A stretch of 56,491 nt of DNA from a virus (taxonomy: Duplodnaviria > Caudoviricetes). The first letter of the stretch is position 1; every line of letters begins with the position of its first letter. The translations under genes were made by a program, and so were the position numbers. Under the pieces are notes generated by a model. The model was not told where the DNA came from, did not search any database, and saw only the letters and a program-made list of their open reading frames with translations. Shown here one piece after another: positions 28,294 to 38,348 of the stretch. The stretch spans positions 1 through 56,491 of the IMG/VR virus record IMGVR_UViG_3300042564_002455; one strand, given 5' to 3'.

Positions 28294-30198
28294 TTAAACA
28301 AATTTTCCCGAAAAACTAGATATTGATGTTATCCCACCCGCAACAGGTAATGGAGGTATGGCAAATTCGGTTTTAGCGTTTTCATTTAACTCTTTTGCTT
28401 GACCTTGTAATGCCGCAAATCCAGATATTAAACCTAAATTTGGACTTCCGTCCGGTAAAGGACCGGTCGGTAAACCTAATTTTTGTAACTCCTCAATCTG
28501 ATTTATAAATGCTCTATTTGCGGAATATCCTGGTAATGCCGGAGCTACTAATAACAGGGGTAAAGGTATTGACGTTTTTTTAAATGATGGAATACCAATA
28601 CCACTAAATAAGGCCAATAGTTGGTCTATAATATTTTTACATTGCCTCCAATCATTAACAATTTTGGCAATCTGTATTAATAAAGCAATTAAATTTATTA
28701 TCAATGCATATTTTTTTAATTGTTTTTCTTTTGATATATCCTTCGCAATTGATTTAAGTAAAATTACAATGTCTTTCTTTAACATCGCAAACAATTCTTT
28801 AACAAATAACCCACCTATTTTAGTAGTTATCTCAATAAAGAAAGATTTAAATTTTTTGGCAAAATCAGTTAATGATTTTATTTCAAGATCTGCCGTTTGG
28901 CTCAAAGCCTTTAACATTATAAAAATAGGTAACATTATTTTAGGTGTTAATAATGACGTAACCAAGGCTTTTGGTAATTCTTTAATAAAAGAGAAATCTA
29001 ATGATAATTTAACATTTAAATCTAACCCAATTCCTTTTAATTCTGGATTATTTGTGAATGTTGATGTTAGGTTATTAATGGCGTCAACCAACTCATCCCC
29101 CTCACCCTCAATGAAGTTTAATTTATCTAAACTTTCCATTATTTGAATTGAGTTAACAGGGAACTTTATGTTATCACATCCTTCGAACTCCACCGCATTA
29201 TTTTGAATATTTGTAACTTCTTGATTAATCTGTAGTAAATCTAAATTAGTAAATTCAAAAAAACTATCATCTAAATTATCAAGTTCCCCTAATTTTGAAT
29301 TACCACTCACATCAATTTCATTTCTATTGTCAAAACACATACCCATTGCTCGTTGTAACAACTTACTGAACTTTGTTTGTTCTTCAAGGTCTTTTAAACC
29401 TATATTACCACTAAAAGAAACCGCACCGGTTATTTGGTCCATTAATTGAGCAAATATGTTAGTAATTTCAATAACCGCCATCCTCCTGTAATAATCTCTT
29501 AAGAAGTCAGACACTTTATTACCCCCATTCACTCTATTTTTTAAATCAACTTTAAACCAATCACCAGGTTGTCCTGACCCATCGGCTGGTTCATATGAAA
29601 TATCAAAAATATTCTGACCTGACGCTCCGTTGAATATATACGGCACCCCTTGTTCAGATATTCTTTGATATAATTGTCTATTCATAGGGTATTTAATACT
29701 CCCTGTGGATAAATCTTTTTGTTTTTCGTATTTAACTTTACCTGTTATTGCGTTGGGATCTACTTTTAATAGGGATTTAAAGTCAACGGACGGGACACTT
29801 ATGTATAAAGTTTGATTACCTTGATATTGTTGTTGTTGAGAGCACCCTATAGCGTTAATGACCGCACCAATCAATATCTCCTCAATTTCAGGTTTTATTT
29901 TAAATAGTGTTTTTGTGAAGGCGGTTTTTAGATACTTAGTTGTACCTGTTCCCTTACCCCTATTTGAACTGAATAATTTTAATAGTTGTTCAAATTGGGT
30001 TTGTACTTGTTTTTGTAATCTATTTTTCTGTTCGGTTAGTTTATCTAAACCATTGGCGATATCTTTGTTAGCCTCCTCAAATGAGCTATTACCCTGCGAA
30101 CTAATAGATTTGATATCAGATTTTATCTTTATAAAGGTTTTACTTGATGCGATTTTTTTATCAACATCACTATAACCTTGATTAATATCTACGGACAT
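28294..30198 (-). CDS. Hypothetical late/structural protein
   Basis: 634-aa ORF with helical and hydrophobic C-terminal region, in a TATTTAT-led operon. Confidence 0.75.
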   Translation of the reverse strand: MSVDINQGYSDVDKKIASSKTFIKIKSDIKSISSQGNSSFEEANKDIANGLDKLTEQKNRLQKQVQTQFEQLLKLFSSNRGKGTGTTKYLKTAFTKTLFKIKPEIEEILIGAVINAIGCSQQQQYQGNQTLYISVPSVDFKSLLKVDPNAITGKVKYEKQKDLSTGSIKYPMNRQLYQRISEQGVPYIFNGASGQNIFDISYEPADGSGQPGDWFKVDLKNRVNGGNKVSDFLRDYYRRMAVIEITNIFAQLMDQITGAVSFSGNIGLKDLEEQTKFSKLLQRAMGMCFDNRNEIDVSGNSKLGELDNLDDSFFEFTNLDLLQINQEVTNIQNNAVEFEGCDNIKFPVNSIQIMESLDKLNFIEGEGDELVDAINNLTSTFTNNPELKGIGLDLNVKLSLDFSFIKELPKALVTSLLTPKIMLPIFIMLKALSQTADLEIKSLTDFAKKFKSFFIEITTKIGGLFVKELFAMLKKDIVILLKSIAKDISKEKQLKKYALIINLIALLIQIAKIVNDWRQCKNIIDQLLALFSGIGIPSFKKTSIPLPLLLVAPALPGYSANRAFINQIEELQKLGLPTGPLPDGSPNLGLISGFAALQGQAKELNENAKTEFAIPPLPVAGGITSISSFSGKFV

Positions 30199-30200
30199 AA

Positions 30201-30563
30201 TTACTTTAATTTAAATGGTTTACTCTCTAAAGCGTCTTTTTCTATTAAATCTTTTAACAGATCATCATCCATATCGGAAATAGAGAAACTCTCCTCTTTA
30301 CTTGCGGATTTTTCCCAAATAGACGATTGTAGTTTAGAAAGTTGTAATTTCTTTTCAACACAATCGTTTATTATTTTTTGTTGTTTCTCAATTACAGGGC
30401 CAATAAGAGTCATATCTTCCGGATCCTTCATCATTGATAACATTTTATTTTGTATTCTTAGAGCGGTATTTCTTTGCTCCACAAGCTCGTTGTAGATTTC
30501 CTGTAATAAGGATAAAATTGATTCCTTATTTAACTCTATCTTTTTTTTCTGTGGTCTAGTCAT
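30201..30563 (-). CDS. Helical hypothetical protein (possible terminase small subunit)
   Basis: 120 aa, two long amphipathic helices, TATTTAT 4 nt upstream. Function is a guess. Confidence 0.6.
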   Translation of the reverse strand: MTRPQKKKIELNKESILSLLQEIYNELVEQRNTALRIQNKMLSMMKDPEDMTLIGPVIEKQQKIINDCVEKKLQLSKLQSSIWEKSASKEESFSISDMDDDLLKDLIEKDALESKPFKLK

Positions 30564-30575
30564 ACCTATAAATAT

Positions 30576-31319
30576 TTACTTAACCATATTTTGAATTAAA
30601 TCAAAATATACTCTTTTGTATTTTTTCATACACGACCTTATTTCTTTAGTTGATAAATTGGTCATTTCTCTTAAGGACAACAAAATAATGTTTTTATTAA
30701 ACTTATTATTATCGGTACTTATGAATATTGATTTATAATTAACAAAAATTTCACATAGGGATTCACCCAATTTACGCTCATTTTCATTTAAGTGTTCGTC
30801 TTGTATTATTTTTTGTAATTCGTTAATATAAGATGATATGATTTCATCAGTGTCTATTGAATCACCATCAATATAATATATTAAATCGGGTCTCAGATTA
30901 TTCTCAAGGTCATAAGATATATCCTCATACGATATTTTTCTATTGGTTTCTTTTTGGTCTTTAATAATTTGTCCCATTAAGTAATTTTTACAAATGGTGC
31001 CAAAATACGAATAAGCCTTCTTTTCTTTAGAAGGTTTAAACTTATCAATTTTGGTCATTAAAAAAGAGTGCGTGTCAGCGTGGATCTCAATAAAATCCAT
31101 ATCTTTACGATATAACTTATATCGTCTTATAATTGACGATATCATCTTGTCGAGAGGTTTCCTTAAACTTTGATTATATATTTTGTTTTTTTCTTCATAT
31201 GTAGTTGCGGATAAGAATAATCTTACCGCAACCTCTTCCCTTATATCAAAATAATTATCGGCCTTAGGTTTTCTACCTTTCTTTTTAACCTCAGTATCGG
31301 TATCCCCAGATAAAGTCAT
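30576..31319 (-). CDS. Phage sigma factor (T4 gp55-like, sigma region 2)
   Basis: N-terminal NYF, and KIDKFKPSKEKKAYSYFGTICKNYL resembling the gp55-type F.P.K....(F/Y).YF..I region-2 motif. Confidence 0.7.
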   Translation of the reverse strand: MTLSGDTDTEVKKKGRKPKADNYFDIREEVAVRLFLSATTYEEKNKIYNQSLRKPLDKMISSIIRRYKLYRKDMDFIEIHADTHSFLMTKIDKFKPSKEKKAYSYFGTICKNYLMGQIIKDQKETNRKISYEDISYDLENNLRPDLIYYIDGDSIDTDEIISSYINELQKIIQDEHLNENERKLGESLCEIFVNYKSIFISTDNNKFNKNIILLSLREMTNLSTKEIRSCMKKYKRVYFDLIQNMVK

Positions 31320-32125
31320 TAAACTGTTTGGGGTTCATATTTTATGTCTCTATCAATGGTGAAAAAATACTCTTTCTTAGCCGACTCAATCCAAAACTTT
31401 ACTTCGTCAGGTGACATAACTTCTGAACCGTTTTTGTAATTCCAAAAAATAGAACCTTCACGTAAATTCAAATGTTTGTAACCAATTCTAGGTATTGTCA
31501 TAATCTTAACATTGTTATAAGTCATTCTAAGTAAGAACTCATAAACAAAAGTTAATTTAATTGACGCTTTAAACTTACCATATTCCTCAAACGAACTTTT
31601 CTTAATAACCATTCCAGCACTTTGAAAATTTTGGTAACTTTGTAATGTTTCATTATTAAGGTATCCAATTTCATTTGAAAAGTTAGCGGCGAATGATGCC
31701 TCGTTTGTAAATCCTGCGAATAAACCTTTATCATCAATATCAACAACAATAGGTAAGAAAGCCTGAACATCTTTATATGCTTCCGAATACAATTTTACAT
31801 TTTTAAACCAAATACTTGAATACTCATCGTCAAATTCGAAAAACGAAACCCATTCAGACGAAGAATTCTCAACACCAAAATTAATCTGATTTGAGTAACT
31901 CGGTTCTTTAGTCCATAAAAGTTTCTTAACATTTAAATCACCGAAATCAAATCCGTTAATAACATCAACTAATTTAGTTTCATCGGTGTGAACAATAATT
32001 AATTCGTTAAATAGTGATTTTTGATTTTTAAGTGAGTTAATTGCTTTTTCAAATAATTCGTCAAAATCTTTAACCGCCGCTGACTTAATCGGTAAAATAA
32101 CCGATAGATTTATATAATTTTCCAT
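31319..32125 (-). CDS. Glycosyltransferase, GT-A/GT2-like
   Basis: LSVILP, ELIIV, NQINFGV, WVSFFEFDDEY, YEFLLR. Confidence 0.8.
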   Translation of the reverse strand: MENYINLSVILPIKSAAVKDFDELFEKAINSLKNQKSLFNELIIVHTDETKLVDVINGFDFGDLNVKKLLWTKEPSYSNQINFGVENSSSEWVSFFEFDDEYSSIWFKNVKLYSEAYKDVQAFLPIVVDIDDKGLFAGFTNEASFAANFSNEIGYLNNETLQSYQNFQSAGMVIKKSSFEEYGKFKASIKLTFVYEFLLRMTYNNVKIMTIPRIGYKHLNLREGSIFWNYKNGSEVMSPDEVKFWIESAKKEYFFTIDRDIKYEPQTV

Positions 32126-32126
32126 A

Positions 32127-33191
32127 TTATGATTCCGTTGTTTCTAGTTTATTTAATTGTTCTGTGAATGACTCATATCTAGTATTCAAATACTTACCGA
32201 ATGTGTCAACAACATTAGATTCAAACTTATTAAAATCTGAATAGTTAGATGACGTTTTTTCGATCTCAGATAATAGTTCTTCATTAATATTATCCTCTAA
32301 CCAATTCTGTAAAAAGTCGGAAATGAAATCAACAATTTGGTTGTGTTCTCTAATCCAAATACCATTATCCTCACTCATCCATTGCGGGAATAGATTAGGT
32401 ATCTTTCCAATAACAGGAACTCCTGACTTCATTGATTCCAACGGGAATGTTCCAAATCCACCACTAGGGTCAATCCAAACAGATAAGAAACAATCTTGTA
32501 ATGCGTTTGCGAACTCTTGTTCTGACAATCCTCTAAGGTCTCTAAATGTAATCCATCTGTATTGTGGAAATTTAAGGTAAAAAGATTTAATCAGAGTTAA
32601 AGTATCTCTGTGGTCTCTCGTGTGAATAGCAATGATTGGTTTAGGTGGTAATACTTGTTTTTTAAATTTATCAGAAATTACAGGTTCAATAATATCAAAT
32701 GTAACACCTTTCATAATATTACTAATATAATCTTTCTGTAGTTCTGATGTTGTAATACACTTAAAGAAACCTAACTGAGCCCAAGTTTGACCTGGTTGTA
32801 ATGTCTCCAACATATAATCATATGATTGACATAGAACAATTTTAGCGCAAGGTAGTTTCTCCAATTGTGGCATAATGAAACCATAAAGTTCGGGGACAAC
32901 AACAAAATCTTCAGGGGATATCTCAAGATTCTGACCTTCAATTGCTTTGTGAGGTAACTCAGTCATAAACTCTTCACCCAACCAAGATTCAACTCCAGTG
33001 TAATCAGGTTTTTCGTGTAACATAATTGGATTAAATCCGTTACGTTTTAACGATAAAGCCATTCTGTAAATGTAACTTAAAGATGCCTTGGCATTACCTT
33101 TAGTATCTTGAACTATGAAGTAGATTCTAACAGACTTGTCTTTAAGATTCTCGATAGATTTCTCTAATTTTTTTAATGTTTCTTGATCCAT
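32127..33191 (-). CDS. Glycosyltransferase, GT-B/GT4-like
   Basis: VVVPE, GGFGTFPLESMKSGVPVIG. Confidence 0.8.
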   Translation of the reverse strand: MDQETLKKLEKSIENLKDKSVRIYFIVQDTKGNAKASLSYIYRMALSLKRNGFNPIMLHEKPDYTGVESWLGEEFMTELPHKAIEGQNLEISPEDFVVVPELYGFIMPQLEKLPCAKIVLCQSYDYMLETLQPGQTWAQLGFFKCITTSELQKDYISNIMKGVTFDIIEPVISDKFKKQVLPPKPIIAIHTRDHRDTLTLIKSFYLKFPQYRWITFRDLRGLSEQEFANALQDCFLSVWIDPSGGFGTFPLESMKSGVPVIGKIPNLFPQWMSEDNGIWIREHNQIVDFISDFLQNWLEDNINEELLSEIEKTSSNYSDFNKFESNVVDTFGKYLNTRYESFTEQLNKLETTES

Positions 33192-33192
33192 A

Positions 33193-33459
33193 TTAATATT
33201 TATTTATTAGTTTTTTATTTAAAAGCGTGTTAAATGCCAGTTTAAATGGGATTGTAAGTCCTGTTGATTTTTGACCCAAAGCCTCATCAACTTCTTCGTC
33301 TTCGGTCATAATAACCTCCAACATAGTTTTTACGACCTCATATTTAACAACATTGATGTGTGTTTCAGGTCCTCCCGTTAATGAAGTGATATTGATATAT
33401 TGTTCAATAGCGTCCAAATCAAGGTAATAATTTTCGTTAAGTACTTTTAGCATTGTCAT
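33193..33459 (-). CDS. Hypothetical protein
   Basis: 88-aa ORF tightly packed in the operon. Confidence 0.75.
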   Translation of the reverse strand: MTMLKVLNENYYLDLDAIEQYINITSLTGGPETHINVVKYEVVKTMLEVIMTEDEEVDEALGQKSTGLTIPFKLAFNTLLNKKLINKY

Positions 33460-34115
33460 TCAGGATTTAAAATCGTATTCAAAACATCCTCCAACTCTTT
33501 TATTTTGGATATAGAATATTTTGAATTAATTTGTTTATTGTATTCCGTTTCGTATTTTATGATAATTTTGTTATCAGGATTGCTTAATAATAAGTCAGGA
33601 TTTGAGGTAAGTAAAATATCAACTTCATTCCACATTGAATTTATTGTCGTATTACTATAAAATTTTACTTTTTCGATTAGACATCCGAACTTTGATAAAA
33701 AGAATAACGATGCCGGTTTCGATCTACCTATTTCATCAGATACTATCATTAGGTCGTGATCGTCTCTCAATTTGTAGTAAACGTCGTTTAAATCATTGAA
33801 TGATGTTAGTTCAGTTGACGGGGCATGACCAAATATCTGCATTGGAAATTCCTCATACAAAAAATTATATAACTCGTCCTTATCTTTAAAGGAGAAGTGA
33901 TCCATTAAATTTAATGATGTTACAGGACTTTTGATTTCATATACAAAATCCACCTCATTAAATGACATCTCAATATAATCTTCGGAATCTACGGTGGTTT
34001 CATAGGTCTTAATGATTTCATCCGCCATCTCCTCAACCATATGCTTCTCATATACCTGAGTCATTTTGCTTATGGTATCTCTTAAGACACCATTTAACTC
34101 AATACCGATTCTCAT
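33456..34115 (-). CDS. HAD-fold 5'(3')-deoxyribonucleotidase-like protein with degenerate motif I
   Basis: MRIGIELNGVLRD in place of IGIDxDGVL.D; C-terminal YNK pattern. Confidence 0.65.
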   Translation of the reverse strand: MRIGIELNGVLRDTISKMTQVYEKHMVEEMADEIIKTYETTVDSEDYIEMSFNEVDFVYEIKSPVTSLNLMDHFSFKDKDELYNFLYEEFPMQIFGHAPSTELTSFNDLNDVYYKLRDDHDLMIVSDEIGRSKPASLFFLSKFGCLIEKVKFYSNTTINSMWNEVDILLTSNPDLLLSNPDNKIIIKYETEYNKQINSKYSISKIKELEDVLNTILNPE

Positions 34116-34858
34116 TATATGTATTTTTTTAGAAGTTTAGTAATCAATGGATTTCTTACAACATCCTCATCACCAAATTCAAATACTCCAATATCATCAA
34201 TACCTTTAAATCGTTGTAAAGCGTCCCAAAGACCAGATTGTTTTTTGTCTTTATATCTGTCGGTCTGTTCCAAATCCCCTGATATGAAAAATTTAGAATT
34301 ATAACCAATTCTTGTTAATAATAATTTCATTTGATTGGGGGTTGCGTTCTGAGCTTCCTCAAAAATCAAAATGGTATTATCAATATTCATACCTCTCATA
34401 TATGCGAGGGCGAATACTTCAATAATTTCAGCCTCTTTAAGTTTTTCTCTTGCTTCTTTACCAATAATTTTATTTAGTAAATAATAAGAGGGGAAAATGT
34501 ATGGATCCAATTTCTCCTCAACATTACCGGGGAGAGAACCCAATTTTTCTTCGGCTTCAACCGCAGGACGAACAATTACCAATTTCTCATATGAATTTTC
34601 GGGATCCATAAGTAAATCAACCGCCGCCTTCATTGATATATAACTCTTACCAACACCCGCCGGACCTGAACATAGAACTATCTGATTATTGGTTAGTAGG
34701 TCATAATAGGTTTTTTGACTTTCGGTTAGGAATTTATTTCTTATTTTTTTAGTTATTAAAGAATTAATTAATTCTTTTTTTGAAAGTCGTCTCTCGTTTG
34801 ACTCAGGTCTAGCTGACGTTTGAGATTTCTGAGTGGGTGATACTTTTTTTCTTGTCAT
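34115..34858 (-). CDS. phoH: PhoH-family ATPase
   Basis: GPAGVGKS, RPAVEAEEKLGSLPG..EEKLDPY, LAYMRG, EEAQN, LTRIG, GDLEQTD, VVRNPL. Confidence 0.95.
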   Translation of the reverse strand: MTRKKVSPTQKSQTSARPESNERRLSKKELINSLITKKIRNKFLTESQKTYYDLLTNNQIVLCSGPAGVGKSYISMKAAVDLLMDPENSYEKLVIVRPAVEAEEKLGSLPGNVEEKLDPYIFPSYYLLNKIIGKEAREKLKEAEIIEVFALAYMRGMNIDNTILIFEEAQNATPNQMKLLLTRIGYNSKFFISGDLEQTDRYKDKKQSGLWDALQRFKGIDDIGVFEFGDEDVVRNPLITKLLKKYI

Positions 34859-34962
34859 ATAAAACTATTTAATATTTTTTTTAAATTGTTTGTCGATAAA
34901 TTGTGATATCTTTTATTATATACCATCTAACTATTTTACAATATTTTTTTATTCGTTTAATA

Positions 34963-35907
34963 TTATTTTTGAAAAACGTTATGGTAGTTAGATTTTATAC
35001 GTATCATAGGGAATGACTTAATTAATTCCTTAACACCCTCTTCTAATGATATAGTGGTGTTAAATCCTAAACTATTAATTTTTTCGTAACTCACAACATA
35101 ATTTCTTTTATCTGGATCTCCATCAACATCCGCATAGTTAAAATATGTTTTAGGTAATAATTTTTTAATAATTTCACAAACATTTTTTTTAGAGTAATTC
35201 ATACTATCATGTCCTATATTATATACTTCACCTGACATTACATCCATATTCTCTATGGCAAAACAAAAAACTCTAGCAATGTCTTTAACGTGAATAAATG
35301 TTCTCATAAAATGAGATTCATATATTACCGCATACCCCTCAGTGTGTGATCGGTATGTTAAATCATTAACAAGTAAATCCAATCTAAGTCTAGGTGATAC
35401 CCCAAACGCAGTTGCAAATCTAAATGCCGTGCTATTTTCTCTATTCATTACTAATTTTTCAGCTTCTGTTTTTGTTACCCCGTATGCGGTTAGCGGATTA
35501 AGTGGAGTGTTTTCAGTGCAAATACCATCAACTTCACCATAGTTAGATCCGGTGGATCCATATAAAAGGTATTGGTCATCGTCCATCGATTCTATTAGTA
35601 TTCTAGTTCCATCTGTATTGACCGAATATGATTCCTCGTCCCCCATTTTTCTACAAATAGGAAACCCAACCAACGCCGCTAAATGTATTACAACATCATG
35701 ACCCTTTAAACTTTTTGTTAAAAGTTCTTTATTCCTTATATCGCCATGTATGAAATTAAAATTATCATTACCTACGTATGGTAAAAGTTTATCTCCATTA
35801 TCAAAAATTAATGAATCATAAACTGTTACGTTATAGTTTTTTTCTAATAATAAAGGGATAAGCGATGTTCCAATATACCCAGCACCACCTGTTACAAATA
35901 TTTTCAT
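34963..35907 (-). CDS. NAD-dependent nucleotide-sugar epimerase/dehydratase
   Basis: VTGGAGYIG, HLAALVG, YGVTK (YxxxK), FRFATAFGVSPRLRLDLLVN. Confidence 0.9.
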   Translation of the reverse strand: MKIFVTGGAGYIGTSLIPLLLEKNYNVTVYDSLIFDNGDKLLPYVGNDNFNFIHGDIRNKELLTKSLKGHDVVIHLAALVGFPICRKMGDEESYSVNTDGTRILIESMDDDQYLLYGSTGSNYGEVDGICTENTPLNPLTAYGVTKTEAEKLVMNRENSTAFRFATAFGVSPRLRLDLLVNDLTYRSHTEGYAVIYESHFMRTFIHVKDIARVFCFAIENMDVMSGEVYNIGHDSMNYSKKNVCEIIKKLLPKTYFNYADVDGDPDKRNYVVSYEKINSLGFNTTISLEEGVKELIKSFPMIRIKSNYHNVFQK

Positions 35908-36833
35908 TTTAAAAATTTTTTATAGTACGTTATTGTGTTTTTTATTCCATCCTCATAATTTGTAAAATTAAAATTAGGGAAATATTTGTTAAATGTTTTT
36001 TTACTTAAAATTTTTATTGGTGCTCCATCTTGTTTTGTTAAATCATTAATTATACTACAATCATAATTTAACGCTTTTTTAATGATTTTAACGGATTCAT
36101 TGATAGATATTCCAAATTCTTGGCCCACATTTATTGGATTGGGTAAATCGTATATTTCTTCATCTATAATCATTTTTATTAATTTAGATACGTCCGGCAT
36201 ATATATCCACTCCCTTATTGGGGTACCTGACCCCCATACACTAAATTCTTGCTTTTCATTTTTAATAGATTCAATCATTCTCATTATTATACCATTCATA
36301 GCGTGAGTTCTTTCTTGGTCAATGTAGTCATTAGGTCCGTACGCATTTGGTATAATAAGATTTATTGTTTTTATGTTATGTTGTTTTTTATAACATTCGG
36401 ATATTACAAATCCTAATTTTTTGGGAAATCCGTAAGACTCAATGCTTTCATGTAATCTACCATCCCACCACATTTCCTCATTTTGTATATCAATTACACC
36501 AGGATATGAACAATTTGAAATTGGGTTTATTATTATAATTTTATTATTGAATTTGGCAACACATTTATATAAGTTCAAATACATTTGAGAATTGTCATAA
36601 ATTATATCACAACTATTATTTGACACGTAATTTATACTCCCGACGTGCGCCGCTGCATGTATTATAATGTCAGGATTAATTTTTTCTAAAATATCCATAA
36701 CATTTTTCTCATTTTGTAAATCCACACCATCTTGTCTACTAATGTAATGAACTTCGTATTGAGAATTCTCAAAAATATTTTTTAAATTTTTCCCTAAAAA
36801 TCCATGCCCCCCAAAAACTAATATTTTTTTCAT
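35904..36833 (-). CDS. fcl: GDP-L-fucose synthase-like epimerase/reductase
   Basis: GGHGFLG, AAAHVG.I, SNCSYP, YGFPK, PNAYGPND, WGSGTPIREW.Y, DG...K. Confidence 0.8.
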   Translation of the reverse strand: MKKILVFGGHGFLGKNLKNIFENSQYEVHYISRQDGVDLQNEKNVMDILEKINPDIIIHAAAHVGSINYVSNNSCDIIYDNSQMYLNLYKCVAKFNNKIIIINPISNCSYPGVIDIQNEEMWWDGRLHESIESYGFPKKLGFVISECYKKQHNIKTINLIIPNAYGPNDYIDQERTHAMNGIIMRMIESIKNEKQEFSVWGSGTPIREWIYMPDVSKLIKMIIDEEIYDLPNPINVGQEFGISINESVKIIKKALNYDCSIINDLTKQDGAPIKILSKKTFNKYFPNFNFTNYEDGIKNTITYYKKFLK

Positions 36834-36868
36834 ATATTAATAATATACGTGACAAATTGATTGTAAAG

Positions 36869-37672
36869 TCATAAACAAATCCATGTTTTTGGAAATAAGT
36901 CGTCCAAAACCACACCTCTATACCCAGGCCCAAACCATTCTGATTTAGGTGCTATTGTTATAGTCTCATTATTTAAATTTAAATAAGAAGACCACCAAGA
37001 AAATGTTGAGTTACCAATAATATTATAGTTACATAGAGACATTAATATAAACGATTTCTCCATTGTCTCATCCACATATATTACGTTATCAATCTCACCA
37101 TCAAAAATTTGTTTTGATAACGGAACATTATCTGAAATTATAAATTTCACATCATTTTCAGGTATATAAGATAGTGATTTTAAATAAAATTCTTTAGATA
37201 CGTTTTTATGGTAGTGTTGAGTACTTTCATTGTCTCTATCTCCACCAAATCTACAATGTAATGATGTATATTTTTTATCTCTTTCTATACCATATTTGTT
37301 AGTAACATCAAGTAATAAATTATTTTTAAATTTAAAAAAATCTTTAATGTTAAAATCGTTAAAATACTTTTCGGATTGAAAATACCCTTCATAAAGAGTG
37401 TTATCAATTAAAGGCACTTCTCTATATGTGAAATCATTACTTAAATCGGTATGGATATAGTGATTAGAACACGATACGTCTTCTATTAACCCCGGAACGG
37501 CATAAAAAATATTTTCAAATTCAAAACCATGTCCGTTAAAATTTCCAGCAGAACCTCTAATTGGTATACCATTTGTTTTAAAATCAACTCCTAACCTCTT
37601 TGACACTCCAATTATATTTGCTATTTGAAATAAATTGTTCCCAAAACCTCCTATTAGTTTAGCAATAACCAT
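36869..37672 (-). CDS. Alpha-1,2-fucosyltransferase-like (GT11)
   Basis: GGFGNNLFQ, GYFQSEKYF, SLHCR.GD, ISDN, NSTFSWW..YL, IAP...WF. Confidence 0.88.
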   Translation of the reverse strand: MVIAKLIGGFGNNLFQIANIIGVSKRLGVDFKTNGIPIRGSAGNFNGHGFEFENIFYAVPGLIEDVSCSNHYIHTDLSNDFTYREVPLIDNTLYEGYFQSEKYFNDFNIKDFFKFKNNLLLDVTNKYGIERDKKYTSLHCRFGGDRDNESTQHYHKNVSKEFYLKSLSYIPENDVKFIISDNVPLSKQIFDGEIDNVIYVDETMEKSFILMSLCNYNIIGNSTFSWWSSYLNLNNETITIAPKSEWFGPGYRGVVLDDLFPKTWICL

Positions 37673-38348
37673 CTATAAATTCTTTTAACTCTTTCATTAC
37701 TTTATCTGATGAATACAAATATCCATTTTTTGGGATTTTATTTTGTATATATGAATTTTCATCATTATCAATTATTTTGAAATTTTTACTGAATAGTGAA
37801 ATTAATTGTTCGTTAGTTATTGGTTCAGGAAAAAACTCAACAACATTTTCACCAGTTTCTAAAAAATTATCAATATCAAATTTTATATTATTAACATTAT
37901 ACCATTGGTATTTATCCTTAATATTAATTTCGGATAAAATTGAATTATTTAACATATCAAACAATAAATTTTTTTTTAACCCGTCTCCATAAACCGCCGG
38001 CAACCTAACAATTATAAGTTTATTACCAAAAATTTTGTTTAAATCATCTTCAAATTTTTTACGGTTAATTCCATAAGGTTCGTTATCATATATTGAAATT
38101 GTTGAGATTAATATAAATTTATCACAATTAACATTACGTACAACCTCTAATAAATTGTTAATATTTTTAGAGTCTTCATTTGCATTTTTATTTGCCCACC
38201 ATTTAACTGACGATAATCCTGAACAATAAATTGTGTCATAAGAATTATTTAGTATGTCTTTAATGTTATCACGATTAAAACAATCACCAACAACACTTTT
38301 TTTTAAAATACTCCCAACAAATCCTGTATGACCAATAATTGCGTTCAT
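37659..38348 (-). CDS. Short NAD(P)-binding sugar epimerase-like protein
   Basis: IIGHTGFVG, KWWANKN, ILISTI, YGINR, RLPAVYG..LKKN. Confidence 0.8.
   Translation of the reverse strand: MNAIIGHTGFVGSILKKSVVGDCFNRDNIKDILNNSYDTIYCSGLSSVKWWANKNANEDSKNINNLLEVVRNVNCDKFILISTISIYDNEPYGINRKKFEDDLNKIFGNKLIIVRLPAVYGDGLKKNLLFDMLNNSILSEINIKDKYQWYNVNNIKFDIDNFLETGENVVEFFPEPITNEQLISLFSKNFKIIDNDENSYIQNKIPKNGYLYSSDKVMKELKEFIDGYC

Noticed and set aside
34859-34962. Gap between the epimerase and phoH that could be read as a decayed ORF or a 23-codon ORF overlapping the phoH start
   Set aside because: Too short and AT-rich to distinguish from chance; no recognisable motif
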